Source of the DNA: Zygnema circumcarinatum SAG 698-1b | Lineage: Eukaryota > Plantae > Zygnematophyceae | Direction of reading: 5' to 3' | DNA: 64,000 nucleotides | NCBI GenBank assembly: GCA_037447605.1 | Contig: CM074806.1 | Span: 1,488,001-1,552,000 of the forward strand | Shown: positions 1 through 12,364 of the stretch, piece after piece | Layout: each line of letters begins with the position of its first letter | How positions within the stretch are numbered: position 1 is the stretch's first letter | Notes under the pieces: model-generated | What the model saw: the letters and a program-made list of their open reading frames with translations, nothing else | Database searches by the model: none | Told to the model about the DNA's origin: nothing | Position numbers and translations under genes: made by a program

Positions 1-300
1 CTGCCTGTTGCCATAAAAAGTCACGTATGTCACCCGCTGCGTTCGATACCACTATAGAAAATTCAATCTGGACTCGTTATCCGGCAATTCTTATTGCTCG
101 AGCAATAGAGACTACTAAAACAACCTCATACCTCAACCTTCATATCAGCGAGATACACAGTTGGTGTGAGCCCGCACCAGCAATGAATACCATTTAAACT
201 ATGAAACACCAAACGCTCACCTGTCAAATCCAAAGAACCGTTCCAAGGGAGGCTGCACTCGCTTGTTCCGAGACGCCCTCCGCTGATGCATGTTCGACAT
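1..300 (-). CDS. Possible 5' part of an unidentified spliced gene running off the left edge
   Basis: GC-rich promoter-like region at 400-545. Candidate in-frame segments MSNMHQRRASRNKRVQPPLER / LNGIHCWCGLTPTVYLADMKVE (donor GTATGA near 130) / IEFSIVVSNAAGDIRDFLWQQA (acceptor near 66). No recognisable family, and the splice model is uncertain. Confidence 0.25.
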
Positions 301-754
301 CCCGCAGCGGCCGCCGGGAGCATCCGAATTCGAAATCAGCGCTTCTCCCACTCTTGCCCGCGCGGAAAAGTTGGTTCCAACACCGCTCCCTTCCCGCTTC
401 GTTGGAGGGGCCGCGCGCCGGAGCGCGGCGCCATGGCTCCAGGCCTCCTCCCAGAGTGAGAGGGAAAGAGAGAGAGAGAGGTCGGCCGGCCCCATTATAG
501 CGCCAGGCGCGCCGCGGCTTTTAGGGTTACCGTACCGTACCGCCCTTAGTCGAGCCTCTGTACAGTACAGTACAGATTGTACTCCATCGTACAGTTATGC
601 TGCACGGAGTTGACCGTGGCGGTGGACGTTGACCGGGCTGTTGCCGCACGCGCCAAGCTGCTCCCTGAGTCCCTGTATATCGCGATACGACATATCGCGA
701 TATGTCGTTGGTGCAATTGCATGCATCCATGCCGCAGCACGCAAGGAACATGGA

Positions 755-905
755 GATGTGGCATTGATCTCGCGATGCCGATGATGCCATCAAATGTCCA
801 TGGACATAATCATCATGGGGAACCACCACGAGGAACTGGTCACAAAGGACCCAAGGACAAAAGTAAAAAGATATGAGCGAAAGCTATGCCTAGACAACAA
901 CGCTT
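755..905 (+). repeat. Dispersed repeat family, copy 1
   Basis: GATGTGGCATTGATCTCGCGATG...GCCATCAAATGTCCATGGAC...GGAACCACCACGAGGAACTGGTCACAAAGGACCCAAG aligns by eye with copies at 14835-14970, 37747-37870 and 43521-43617 (all on the - strand). Confidence 0.75.
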
Positions 906-1185
906 CAAGCCCTCCCTCGAAGCAGCCGCGAAGGTCACCGATGTGCGGCACATCGTGCGGAGGACTTTGTTAAAGAATGGCATTCAATGTGTTTCTTAAA
1001 TTGAAGGCCTTCAGGGTGCCGCCCATCAAGAAGCGACGAATGCAATTCAGGAGGCGATAAGCACAGACACTTTTGACGAAACAGCACAGTCAGCTTCCAA
1101 GGCAACCAACCGGAACTTTCATCAGAATAGACCTCACCAAGTCGGCCACCTTCATAAAATTCCTCCTGGAACAACTGGAGGAAGT

Positions 1186-1217
1186 TGTGGCATTGATCTC
1201 ACGATGGCAATGCCATC
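1186..1217 (+). repeat. Dispersed repeat family, copy 2 (core; weak similarity continues to ~1332)
   Basis: TGTGGCATTGATCTCACGATGGCAATGCCATC matches the 5' core of copy 1. Confidence 0.65.
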
Positions 1218-1940
1218 TGGAAGGCAAAGATAATTTTTGATTGAACCAAATACATGGCATATAAATTTAGAAAATGAACGAATGTGGTCATATGGGTCAA
1301 CACACGAGGGCGTCTTACGAGATCGGCGCAAACTTATGAAGAAACGGGGCGATTCCAGATCCACCTATTAGTACATCAGAAGGCACGAGCCCTCCAGCCA
1401 AGAGAATTAACACCCATCTATGTCAAACCCATCAGCTAATTGAGACCTTTCAGTGTGAATAGGGCTAATTCTATGACCACCACATTTCGCCACCCACTGA
1501 AGTGGGAAGCAGACTAACGCGCCCTACGAACTGTTGTATGTGCAAGTCGTTTGGAAGGCTCCGCTCCCTCCTCTCGCCGACGACCAGGACATTTGGCGAG
1601 CGCGTTCTGAGCTGTCCCCTGCCTGCTCTCCTTCGCCTGCGGGCCTTCCGGGGCCAAGGGAGGCCCACAGCCACTTGGGGGGCACGCGGAGCCCTTCAGC
1701 GCCTCCCTGCATTTCCCACACCAGCAGTGGAGTCATTTAGACACAGTGGAACGAAGCAAGAAGAGTCAAATGCACCTTGCACTCCTTTAGTTTCCCATAA
1801 TTTATGTGGAAACATGAACATACAAGATCCGAAAACGTCAGTTACATATTCCGCATGGCATTGCGGGGACTCGATTAAAGGAAGCCTCCTCATGATGTGG
1901 GGAATGAAGGGAGCAGGTATCGAGTTGACAGACGTCTCCT

Positions 1941-4900
1941 TCAAGGCAGGAAGTTATCCAAAACTTCGATCAGTTCAGCAAACCCAACCATTTCCAAAAC
2001 ATACGGGTCTTTGCTAGTAATACAACTCCGACTCACAGCGCTGCTGCTGGTTACGGAGCTTCGAACATCGCCTGCAGCATCCGGCAGGAGCTGCTGCATG
2101 CAGCTTTGCAGATCTACGGCATCTCGATAACCTCCACCTTCCGCTGCCCTTTCCTGCAAACACCATATATTGCACCCCACCATCAGGAAAGACTGCAAAC
2201 CACTAAAGGGATGGGAAGAATGGGGGTGCCACCCAACGGCCTACATACTCCTGCCCTTGTCCCTGTGGGAGAATACCCACCGCAAGTATGGACATGGAGC
2301 TGTAGGGAAGCCAAGCCGGCCTAGCCTCCACCGCATCAGCACTTCGTAGCCGCAAATCCGCCCCTCCCAGAAAGTCGGCTTGCCTTCCCCCCCCACCCCC
2401 CTCCTGCCGAGCAGGTCCACTATCTTGGGGGGGGGGCCGTTGGCCCGAAGCTTGGAGAGCCCCGGTCTCTGCCAGCCTGCCCGTCCCTCCCCTTATGTGT
2501 GGGCGTATGTATGTATGTGTGGGTGGGTGGGTGGGTGTTGGTTCAATGGCTCCAAAGGGAAGGGAACGATGCAGTAGTAGAGACTAAACTAGAGAGACAT
2601 AATGCTCACCTTGCCACCAACACTGTGAGGCACGCCTTGACGCCCTGTAGCTGCTCCGCCACTGCCGCCATATGGCGCCGATATTCACTTCGTAGCTCTG
2701 TCATGTCTGCTTCAATGCGAGCTCCCTGCAATCGAAAAGAATGGCTGCATTGTAAACAGCTGACCAAGCTAGACTCCGTCTTTCATCCGACCCTTCTGAC
2801 GTTCCGTGAACAAATCATTTTGTTTCATAGGCTCCTGATCAGGTTTCAGCTTGAGTGGAGAAAAGAGACTGATGGCAGGCAGGGGTCTTCCATGTGCGCC
2901 TTACAAGTGTCAAACAGAAGAAGGTGCAGCAGGCACAAGCAGGTGTAGCCCAAATGCAAGAAAAACACGAGAGAATGGAAGGGCTTCTGGTCCCATAAAA
3001 TCATGCAAACACGACAAAGAACAACAAAGCAGATGAGCAGACGAGATCCTAATCACCGTAATTCTGTACACTTCATACCCCCNNNNNNNNNNCCCCCCCC
3101 CCCCCCCCCCCCCCCGCAAACTCCCCAACCTTAAGTTGGAGATCTAACTATGAGTGCATCAGTGTTCAACATCCAAATCGATTGATTCTTCAATCTCATG
3201 TACGAGGTAGCCACCTGCTCCCTGAGTATGTCCAAGCTCGCGGTGGCATTTGCAGGCTCATCCTCCTTGAGGCTCATGTCTGGCGAGGGGTCTTGCACTC
3301 TCGCATTCCTCCTGCACACAAGCAAAGCGCCTTTTGTCTCTCACTCGAGGAGGCTACCCACGGCTACTGCTATCAACATACGCGCAAGTACAACTCGGCT
3401 AAATCGGTTCATGCCGCCGAAAATGTATGATGACAAGGTAATTGGCCAAGCACAACCTTCAGCCAAAACTCTATTCTCTTTCTCCCCTGTTGTAGGCAGT
3501 CTCCAACAGAGGAAAAAGCATCATTTCGCCCATGATTCAAATCGCAATCCAGTTTAAAGCAACACTCTGGTAAACGACCTCAATTTCTTCCACAACGAAC
3601 AAATCCTTCGCGTGCTCCCTCAGTTTGCCTCTGCAAATGTAACGAGCGGGTTCGAAGGGAGCACCTGTTGTCTCCTGCCTCGTGAGCTTCATACGAGAGG
3701 CAGTACTTAGCCATCGTTCGCTCAATGTCATACGGCCCATGGAATAATGCAGATTGCTTGTCGTACCCGCCTGTATCTCTATCGCTGTACGATGCAAAGC
3801 AAGCCTTGCCCATCAAATCTAAGGTTGGCGCCTGCCCACTCTCGTCCTCTGCCCAGGCTTTGCTGTTCAGGTCACCCTTTTGCACACTACCTGGGTGGGG
3901 CCCACAACCTTCCGCTTGAGAGTTGCCACTCCATGGCCTCCCTAACCCTCTGCTATCCCCCGGCTTCCCTCCAGCTTGCCGCCATGGATCCTCGGGCTGC
4001 ACTTGTTGCAGCCTTTGTGCTGCATCCGGCCCGTTCCGAAAAGGTCCTCCAGAAGGAGGAGGTTGGACACCCCCGGCAGCATCATCTTCACAAGGGGGGA
4101 GCTTCAATAAGGGCCAGTAGCTTGAAGCCCGTACAGCCGCATAGAGCTCGCGAAAGAATGGGGACTGCAAGTACAGATAGACAGTCACTATGAAATTCTT
4201 GCCGCGGACCAGCATCAAGGTCAACGGGGTGGAGGAGGTTGCAGAAGAATCACACTCTTGGAGTGAAAACTGTAATAACAAGCAAACAGTCGACAGGCAT
4301 TCCAATACAGAAGAAACAGCATGTGTGACGATGCCCTGTCTGACCAAGCACAGGAATGAGAGAATTAAGAGGGGTCTTACCTGACGCATTTTTGCCTTTT
4401 GAGCCATGGCATTGAAGACAATAGGCAGCAAAATGAGCCGGAGGTGGCCTTGAGGTGTGTTCTCTTCCCCGAGCATTTTACGAACCAACACCTTCACTTC
4501 ATGAGGACTTTCAAAGGCCCACTGCCAGTAGACAAAGCCGCGAGATCGGTTCCCTGCAGGTTGCTCCGGGAGGGTCACAAGACGGTGCTTCAGACTGCTT
4601 AGCTTGCGGCTGTAGTTTGCCTCAAACATTGTCTGCAGAGCCCTCCCCAGATCATTTAACGCAATGCCCAAAGCGTCACATAGCAATTAACAGCCTTCTA
4701 AGTCCCTTAGACAGCCAATTCGAGCGGTCTGGAAAGGCTGGACTTTTCGTTCTTGATCGAAATAGAACCGTAGTAAGTTAAAAGTGCATTACGATCGTCA
4801 ATTAAGCAAGGAGATTCAAAGCACGATTCGCACAGCGAGATCGTACTAAAAAAACAAAAACAATGTCTGATTGGTTCCTTATAGCAACACTTTCTAAGGA

Positions 4901-5223
4901 TGCTTGCTGAAAGCGCTATGTCAACCATCATAGGAAACCTGGGGAAGTAGAAGAAACGTTTGCTGAGAGACACCTTCACATGTCCACAGTTTGGCCAAGG
5001 TCTACTCTCGCTAGCAAATAGGTCAAACGAACTGCTGATGTGATCAAACTGAAAAAAAAGAAGAGAAGAGCACCTTCATGTATATGAGAGGTAGTAAAAC
5101 ATCCCCCGTGTCTGTATCCTCCAGCAGAAGGTAGCGCTCCGATGGAGACACATGCAGCCACATAGGCCGAACTTTTAAACCCTCCGCTCGAGCCACGTTG
5201 AGCTCCCCCGCCTTCCGTTTCAT
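1941..5223 (-). CDS. Unidentified multi-exon protein (roughly 550 aa) with a predicted C-terminal coiled segment
   Basis: Phase-consistent GT-AG exon chain: 5048-4974, 4632-4381, 4164-3665, 3311-3149, 2725-2610, 2476-2281, 2153-1941 (stop). Peptides include GFVYWQWAFESPHEVKVLVRKMLG, SPFFRELYAAVRASSYWPLL and ARIEADMTELRSEYRRHMAAVAEQLQ. The 5' end (ATG 5223?) is uncertain and no family was recognised. Confidence 0.55.
3083..3092. other. Assembly gap (10 N) inside a poly-C tract
   Basis: Ns are flanked by C homopolymer running to ~3115. Confidence 0.95.
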
Positions 5224-5504
5224 AGGCAGACGCACTGCCACCACCCCCCACACCCACGTCCGCTTCTCCTCTCACGCTCCGCACATGGCAATGCAGCGGC
5301 AAGCCACCGCTTCTCAGCCCCCCAATGCGTATAAGCCAATGCAGCAAGTGGGAAAGGTGCATTGGAAAGTACGAGGCGAAGGACGCGCTGCATCGCCTGC
5401 CCGGCCGAGGGAGAGCCCCGCTGTGTCAGACGGCTCGTCCTCAGACCCGTCCCGTGCCTCCCACGCCGCATCCGACGCAGCCTTCATCTTCAACTCCCCC
5501 TCCT

Positions 5505-5660
5505 CTCCCTCCCCGTCACACTCCCTCCCTCCCTCCCTCCTTCCTTCCCTCCCTCCCTCCCTCCTTCCTTCTTTCCTTCCCTCCCTCTTCGCTCCTATCC
5601 TTCTGCAACTCCGCTCTCTCCCTCTCTCTCTCCCTCTCTCTCCCTCTCTCTCCCTCCCAC
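5505..5660. repeat. (CCCT/CT)n pyrimidine-rich microsatellite
   Basis: Seen directly in the sequence, in the GC-rich region between the divergent gene pair. Confidence 0.9.
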
Positions 5661-6311
5661 CCAGCTCGCCGTTATCCTCCTTCCCTCCTTGGAAAGCAGG
5701 CAGCGCGGTGCAAGTCGGCGCGCGGCCACGTGTCCCCCTTTCCCCTGCTACGCTGGCGCCCCCGAACACGGCCTCCCCTCTGGCCCGGCACCCGCCGCGC
5801 CCGCCTGCCAGACAGGCCGTCACGCCTGTCACGCCACGCCCGCCGGCCGGCGCCCGCCGGCGGACGGCCAGTCAACCATCCCAGGGGGCGCCTTCCTTTG
5901 TGATGACGTCACTACCCGTGAATACTCTTTGCTAAGCGCTTACTCCGTACGGTGAACTTTGGGGATTCGTACGGATAATACCGAAAAGTACAAGACTGAT
6001 CACGTCATTTAAGCGTGATATTTGCGCGTTACTGGGATCATAGAAAGGAAATGATTGCCGGGCGCCCGTAATGTACCCCTCCGCCTGGGCGGCGTGACCG
6101 GCGTACGGTTGCCGGCCGGATTGGCGGCCGGCAGGCGGCCGACGGCGGATCCCGAAGCGGCCCAGCGTCCGGATCGGTGGCGGGCGGCGACTCTTGGCAG
6201 CTTCATTAATAGGGCCGGGCGGGGCGCGAGGCCGCGTGCTAGGGCTGAGCTGGAAGGGGACCGGAGGGCCGGGGTCAGGGCTGACGGGGCTCCGCGGGAG
6301 GCGGAGGTCGG

Positions 6312-6596
6312 AGGGTTAGGGGTAGGGTTGAGGGTTGAGGGTTAGGGTTAAGGGTCAGGGTTAGGGTTGAGGGTTAGGGTTGCGGGTTGAGGGTCAGGGT
6401 TAAGGGTCAGGGTTAGGGTTGAGGGTTAGAGGGTTAGGGTCAGGGTTAGGAGTCAGGGTTAGAATGTCAGGTCAGGGTTAAGGGTTAGAGGGTCAGGGTT
6501 AGGGTTAGGGTTAGGGTTAGGGTCTAGGGTTAGGGTTAGGGTTGAGGGTTTAGGGGTTAGGGTTAGGGTTAGGGTTAGGGTTAGGGTTAAGGTTAG
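6312..6596 (+). repeat. Interstitial telomere-type array (TTAGGG with TCAGGG/TTGAGGG/TTAAGGG variants), about 45 units
   Basis: Seen directly. Variant-rich on the left and nearly pure TTAGGG from ~6497 to 6589; ends about 20 nt before the EXO70 ATG. Confidence 0.95.
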
Positions 6597-6616
6597 AGGA
6601 GTGCAGAGTTGAAGAG

Positions 6617-9600
6617 ATGGGAGCCGGGGAAGTTGCATGGCTGGCGGAGAGGAGCCGAGCCTTGCAGGACACGCTGGCTAGAAGTCGTGCCGCATCTGAC
6701 AAGATGGTCTCCATTCTCACCACCTTCGACACACGCCTCATCGCTCTCGAGAGCGCTATGCGGCCCATACAGGTAAGATTGCATTTGCTAGTGAAAGCGT
6801 ACAACTTAATGTTTTTTGCGACATTTTTGCCATTGGTCTTATTCTTCTCAAATGCGCCTTGAATGGGTTACATAGTTGTGATTCGTCTACCTGCTGGTAA
6901 ATATTCATCCACAGAGAGCCGTGAGAGTAGCTTTGCCGCTTACCTAACGATTTTTGTCCACCCAATTATTTCCCTTTCCAAGTTAGGCGTACGTGAGGTG
7001 TGGCCCCTGTCAAAATTAAGTTGCCAGTTGATGATTAACTTCAGTAATGACCTTGTAAAGGTCGCATTTTCTGCCCTGATGTAACTGTGTGAACCCTTAA
7101 GTTGCAACTACACAATTTTTTGCGGGGTGCATGGAAGGACTACAGGTGAAGACTAACGATTTCCGAAAGTCACATCTCAACATTGACGCCATGGTGAAGG
7201 CCGTTGAGATGGTGCTTTCAAAATTCAACCTTCCGAGGCAGGTCAACCCACTGCTATTGTTCCTTGCAAGTAGAGGTTCTGAGGATGGAGGGACAAGACC
7301 CTTTAAGTCTAATGTGAAACGTTTTGGTTATCGCCTCTAAAATGTTGATTGACTTGATGTAAACCGCCATTGTATTGCACGTTTTGACTGAGCTTTACCA
7401 ACATATTATCACAATGAATGAACTGAGTGGGCACCTAATCATAACATTGATTAGTTCATATCCGGAAATTAAACATAATACTGCTGAAACAAGGACTTCG
7501 CACAAACATGTTGCAAATAAGTGCATTGATAACGCTTTACCATAACAAAGCGCAGCTTGCAATATCCTTGTCTAGCAGGGTATCTTGAGACGTAGTCTTA
7601 ACTACAGCCTTTTTTAAGGTAGCTTACACATCGATCTGTAGCTCACCTCGTTTCATCGATCTGAGCAGCACGAGAGAAGTCGTCTTATGATTGCTACTGA
7701 ACAATAGCGATCACAAGACTGGGACTAGTGGTATTTGTTTTGAATTATTATTATTATTCTGTTTCAGTCCACTGACTATTGGTGTTTGCTTGAGTTACAG
7801 GTGGAGCCACGGTTGAAGGAAGGGATCCAAGATAACCTTCACTCTTATCTTGCATCTCTCCATGAGCTTGAAGATGCCATGTCCTTTTTTGAGGCGCATC
7901 CAGGACTTAAACATGGGGAAGTTTTGCTCAGCCACGCCAAGGGCCTTCGAAAAGAGGCATTGGCAAAACTTTTAGCACAATTCTCTGAGGTGCTTCAAGC
8001 TCATGCGTGAGTGCTCTAAATATGCCTATTCTGATTTCAGCGAGCAAAGGCTATGATTAAAATGGCCATGGCAAGTTGGCATGCACGCATGCTACCTGCA
8101 AGGTCCTTTTAATTTTGAAAGGTAGCTTCTTACAACTGATGAGGACGAGCAAAGGGTCTATTGCTGTTGACTGTTAAGCTAACTGTCATACACTTGCTTG
8201 GGAGCCCTTGGATCAAGGATGCAGGTTCTCTACTTTGGTGAATGCTGCATTGTGCTTGCATGTCGGTTTTCTCGAATAGTTTCCTATGCACAGTACTGCG
8301 CAGATGTTTTCAAATGACCATGTCACATTGACACTAAGTGCAAATCCGAATTTGCATTGCTATGTACTTTGCTGAACTTAAAGACACGGTTCCATGAGTG
8401 TGAAATCGTTTACAGAGCACTGTGATTGTCTGCTGTGCCAATTGTTCCTCTGTGTCGCCAATTTTTTAAGCCCTTTCAAAGTATTGGAACGTGTCGTTCA
8501 GCGCGTTTGGACCAATAGCTTATCGTTTTCTTGGAGCAACTTCCTGCTTTGTGCTAGTGACTCTCTGCTTCTTGTCAACTATTTCACTTCGAAGACCAGA
8601 TTATGTGGTGATGAGGTCAGTTTTTTGCACTTTTTGCTTGCAGAAAAGAGTTGGATCAATCAGTCTTGTTTGAGGCTCTTCCAAAGCAGCAGATTGGGCA
8701 GCTGGAAGGCTCCCAAGAAGGTCTAGAAAGGGAGGCAGCCTCTAAAGTGGACTTGAGCAATGAAGCAGTCGGAGGAGATACGGCGGATTCGATGAAGGCA
8801 GAAAAGCAGGAAGAGATGCAGGCCTTGCTGCCTGCCAGCATTGTCGAGACCTTGCATTTGGTTGCCGTACAAGCCGTTGCTTCTGGAGCAGCTCAGGAGT
8901 GCATCCTCTCATACAGGTGATTGGAATCCCTTTGTTTTTTTTTTTTTTTAACTCTTTATATTCTTCCTTGCTGCGTAGGGATTATGCAGCTTGTTGGAAG
9001 GACAAAGGAAGTTATGAACCTGCTTGAAAGCCAAGTGTTGGGAATATTTGTAGGATTTTGGAATTGGCAGGGTGTGGTTCAATAGCTGTAGAGGGGATTG
9101 GTGGGGTACAGGAAGGCGCGACGTGAATGGATGGAGCAGATGCTCAAGCGATTAGGAATCGAGGATTTGAGCAAAGAGGAAATTTTTCGAATGTCTTGGG
9201 AATTACTGCAAGAGAAGATCGGCAGCTGGATAGAGCAGATTCGGGTTACGGTGAGTTTTAACATGTTGATTTGGCAAACGGCTTTTGCTTTGCCTGCTGC
9301 TTGTTGGATCAACCAAAGGAGTGGTTCCAACAGGGCAATATGGAACAGTGCCGATGATTGAGTTGCAGCCATACTCAAGTGTTGGATTGGGTGAAGTTTG
9401 GACGGTGATTAGAGGCTTCTTGTCATGCTTGATGGTTTTGTACGATGGCAGTTATTTTTTACTCAGTATGGTCTTTTACGAAGCGGCTTTTGTCTTCTTC
9501 TATCTTTCCCTCTTCTTTTTTCCACAGTTTCTTATGCAGTTCAATGGTTCTTGTACTTGGCGATGTCTTTTGTATGTTAACCATTTCCTTCTTTCGCAGT

Positions 9601-12364
9601 TTTAGTCTCTCTCTCGCTCTTTCTCCCTCCCTTTCAACGTGTCATTTTAACCTTAGTGTGTTTCTTTCGTCGACCTTGAACGCGGCAGATGATGGTCCTA
9701 TTCGTGGGGGAACGAAAGCTTTGCGATGCCGTGTTTGAAGGCTTGGATCCCCATCGCGAGCAGATCTTTGCTGAGGTGGTTGAGCACGGTGTCGGCATGT
9801 TGCTTACTTTCGGAGAAGCAGTTGCTGACAGCCACAAGGCACCCGAAAAGCTGTTCGTCCTCCTAGACATGTACGAGACCATGAAGAAACTCCTCCCACA
9901 GGTAGATTGTTGCCCTTTGCTCTTATCAGACAACTCCGTAACTGAAACTCAAAATGCTCGTGATGACCCATACTCCTTTTTCTATGCAGTCGTTTGAAGT
10001 CCGTTTTGTGCCCCTGTCACTCCCCATTGAGAGTCATTCAGCTATTGGATGCATGAACGTGTACCCACCCCTCTGCTTGCAGATGGAGATGGCCTTTGCA
10101 GGGAAGGCTTGTGCACCCGCTTTTGAGCGCGCGCAAATGCTCTTGCAAAGACTTGCTGGTAGTGCTCAAAGCACATTTGTTGAGTTTGAGAGCGCAGTGG
10201 AGAGGGATACCCACAAGGCGACTGTGGTCGATGGGACAGTGCATCCTTTAACCAGCTATGTGGTCAACTACGTCAAGTTCCTCTTCGAGTCAGTGCTTCC
10301 CTTCCCCAGCCAGTTTCTGTCAGTTCAAAGATAAGAAAATGCTCTGGAATGAATGGTCGGATGAATGAGCGATGGCTTCTTTTGAAAACCAAAGGAGGTG
10401 TCTTGCGGGCGATCTTGGATGAATGCAGTTACGAGTCCACTCTCGCACAGATTTTTGAAAAGGATGACAAGGGAACGTCCTTGAAGGCTGGTGAGAGTAA
10501 GGCTCAATCTCGACTGGCAGTGGCGACAAAGCAGATTCTGACAGTGCTTCTTAGCAATCTGGAGGCCAAGGCGAAGACTTACAAGGATCCAGCTCTGATG
10601 CACATTTTCCTCATGAATAATGTGCATTACATGGTCCGAGCTGTGAAAAGGTAAGTATCTAGCCCTCCTCGCCGCACCCAAAAGCGAATAACGCCAGTAT
10701 TCTGATACAGTTCTTAACTTTCTCGAGAGTCACTTAGGATACTCGGTGTGCATAGTGGAAAGGACCCCCTGCAGCTGATGGTTGGCGTTCGTGACAAGGA
10801 CATCAAATGCAGCTCCGTTCTGTGCTAATCTTGTCATCTTGCTAATCTAATCATAGGTGTTTTGATGAGTCTGACAGTATTTCTCCTGAAACTGATAGTT
10901 TCAGACTGTGATATGCTACTGACAAGGAGACTAGGGTGGCAACAGATCAGAGGTGGCCGCTCAGCTTTTGGGGACAGACTGGTTAGAGAGACATCGGCGT
11001 GTTGTTCAGCAGCATGCGTCGAGCTATCAAAGGACGGGTTGGGGCAAGGTGGGATTGCTTTCTAGCAGAGACTGCCCCCTTGGTTGGAGGGCTCGCTTCT
11101 GTACTGTTTTGCTGTGCGTGGTTACTTCCCTTGCTTGACCATTCCTAATTAGTGGTAGTTGGGGCACCATCTTTACAACGTTTCTGGAGAAAGTATTCTT
11201 TAGCTGCACTAGCACATGTAGAAGAATTTCAGAGATGTGGCAGGTTACAATAAAACGCCGATTTGAAGTTGTTGTTTTCAGAAGAGTATTGCGACGCTGT
11301 GGGTTGCGGGCAGGTGATAGGCCACGTTACAACGCAAGGTCTTCCCCCAGAGAGCACTTTGACGAAGAAAGCAATAAAAGAAAGGCAGGTTCTCCATCCC
11401 ACAAATCTTTACTCATCGCGTTGCGGCCTTGCTGCTCTTGCATCACTGAAGTGAATTAGTACATCAATTGAAAGTCAGCGAGGAACGAGCTTTGATGGAA
11501 GCGTTTCAGCAGTTAGAGCAAGAGAGTGTACGAAGCCAAAGTTTTGCTGCCTCTTTGAGGGCTTTGTCATGCCATTTGGATGGCAATGCATGCGAGGAAT
11601 TGAGCGAACTGTCGAGTGACACGCATTCAGGCTACAACAAAAGAGAGAGAAAGCATCAAGGGTTACAAGTGTTTTTAAACAAATATTCAATTTCCAATCT
11701 ACTAAAACACCATGTTTTGCGTGATAAGGCTTGAGCAAGTCGGTGAACGTGTAGGCCTGTCCGTTACAGTCAAGTTCCATTATTCCAGAGGCAATTTCGT
11801 TGTGACAAAGAACCTGACCTAACAGTGCAATTCCTCAGTGGCTAAAAAGAGCTTCAAATGGTGGAAGAAGGGTGGTCGTGGATTTTAACCAGGCTAAACC
11901 AAGACCTGAATGGAGTTGCAGATTCAGAGCGTTCAATGCGGCTGTGGAGGAGCTGCATGCGCGGCAGTCGGCTTGGAGCATTCCTGAGTCGTCTTTGCGC
12001 GAGGCAGTACTGCTCGCAGTGGGAGAAGTGCTGCTGCCTGCTTACTCTGCCTTCGTGCGCCGCTGCACGTAAGCCGAACTCGTCTGCGCATCTTGATAGT
12101 TTCTGAGCTCTCAGTGCGTTGCAAAACTATGCTTTTTTAAAGTATCCCGAATGCTGCCTCCTGATAGCTGGAGCATTTGCTGGGTGACACAAAGGGAAGG
12201 CTTTGAACGGGTTGTGTGGGTTCTCATCGTGGGCCTCTTGTGGCAGGCCCATACTGGAGACCTATTCAACGTCCGTTGAAAAGTATATGAAGTACAGCCA
12301 AGAGCAGTTAGAAACCTTACTGCAGGAGTTCTTTTCGGGAAACTCTGCGACATCGTCGCGATGA
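6617..12364 (+). CDS. EXO70A: Exocyst complex subunit EXO70 (EXO70A-type)
   Basis: 12 exons: 6617-6772, 7146-7241, 7801-8006, 8644-8916, 9112-9250, 9689-9901, 10083-10288, 10429-10650, 10946-11048, 11314-11384 (GC donor), 11922-12068, 12247-12364. Hallmark motifs: LESAMRPIQ, APEKLFVLLDMYE, DGTVHPLTSYVVNYVKFLF, IFLMNNVHYMV, EVLLPAYSAF, KYMKYS. Confidence 0.96.

Noticed and set aside
5049-5073. Apparent 22-35 nt mini-introns (here, and near 198-219, 3631-3664 and 62498-62529)
   Set aside because: All introns in the well-conserved genes are about 90 nt or longer. At least one case (3664) is better explained by a normal 350-nt intron, so the rest are probably unresolved gene models.
5198-5955. 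Long overlapping ORFs on both strands in GC-rich islands (also 30600-31640, 50145-51420, 51805-52504)
   Set aside because: Low-complexity translations of microsatellites and GC-rich promoter DNA, with no domain signal.
6145-6156. Shared GCGGATCCCGA 11-mer with 51677-51687
   Set aside because: Too short and within GC-rich sequence; flanks do not align convincingly.
8911-9112. TACAGG direct repeat at both ends of EXO70 intron 4 (introner-like)
   Set aside because: It is mostly splice consensus, and the intron position appears to match the conserved EXO70A structure.
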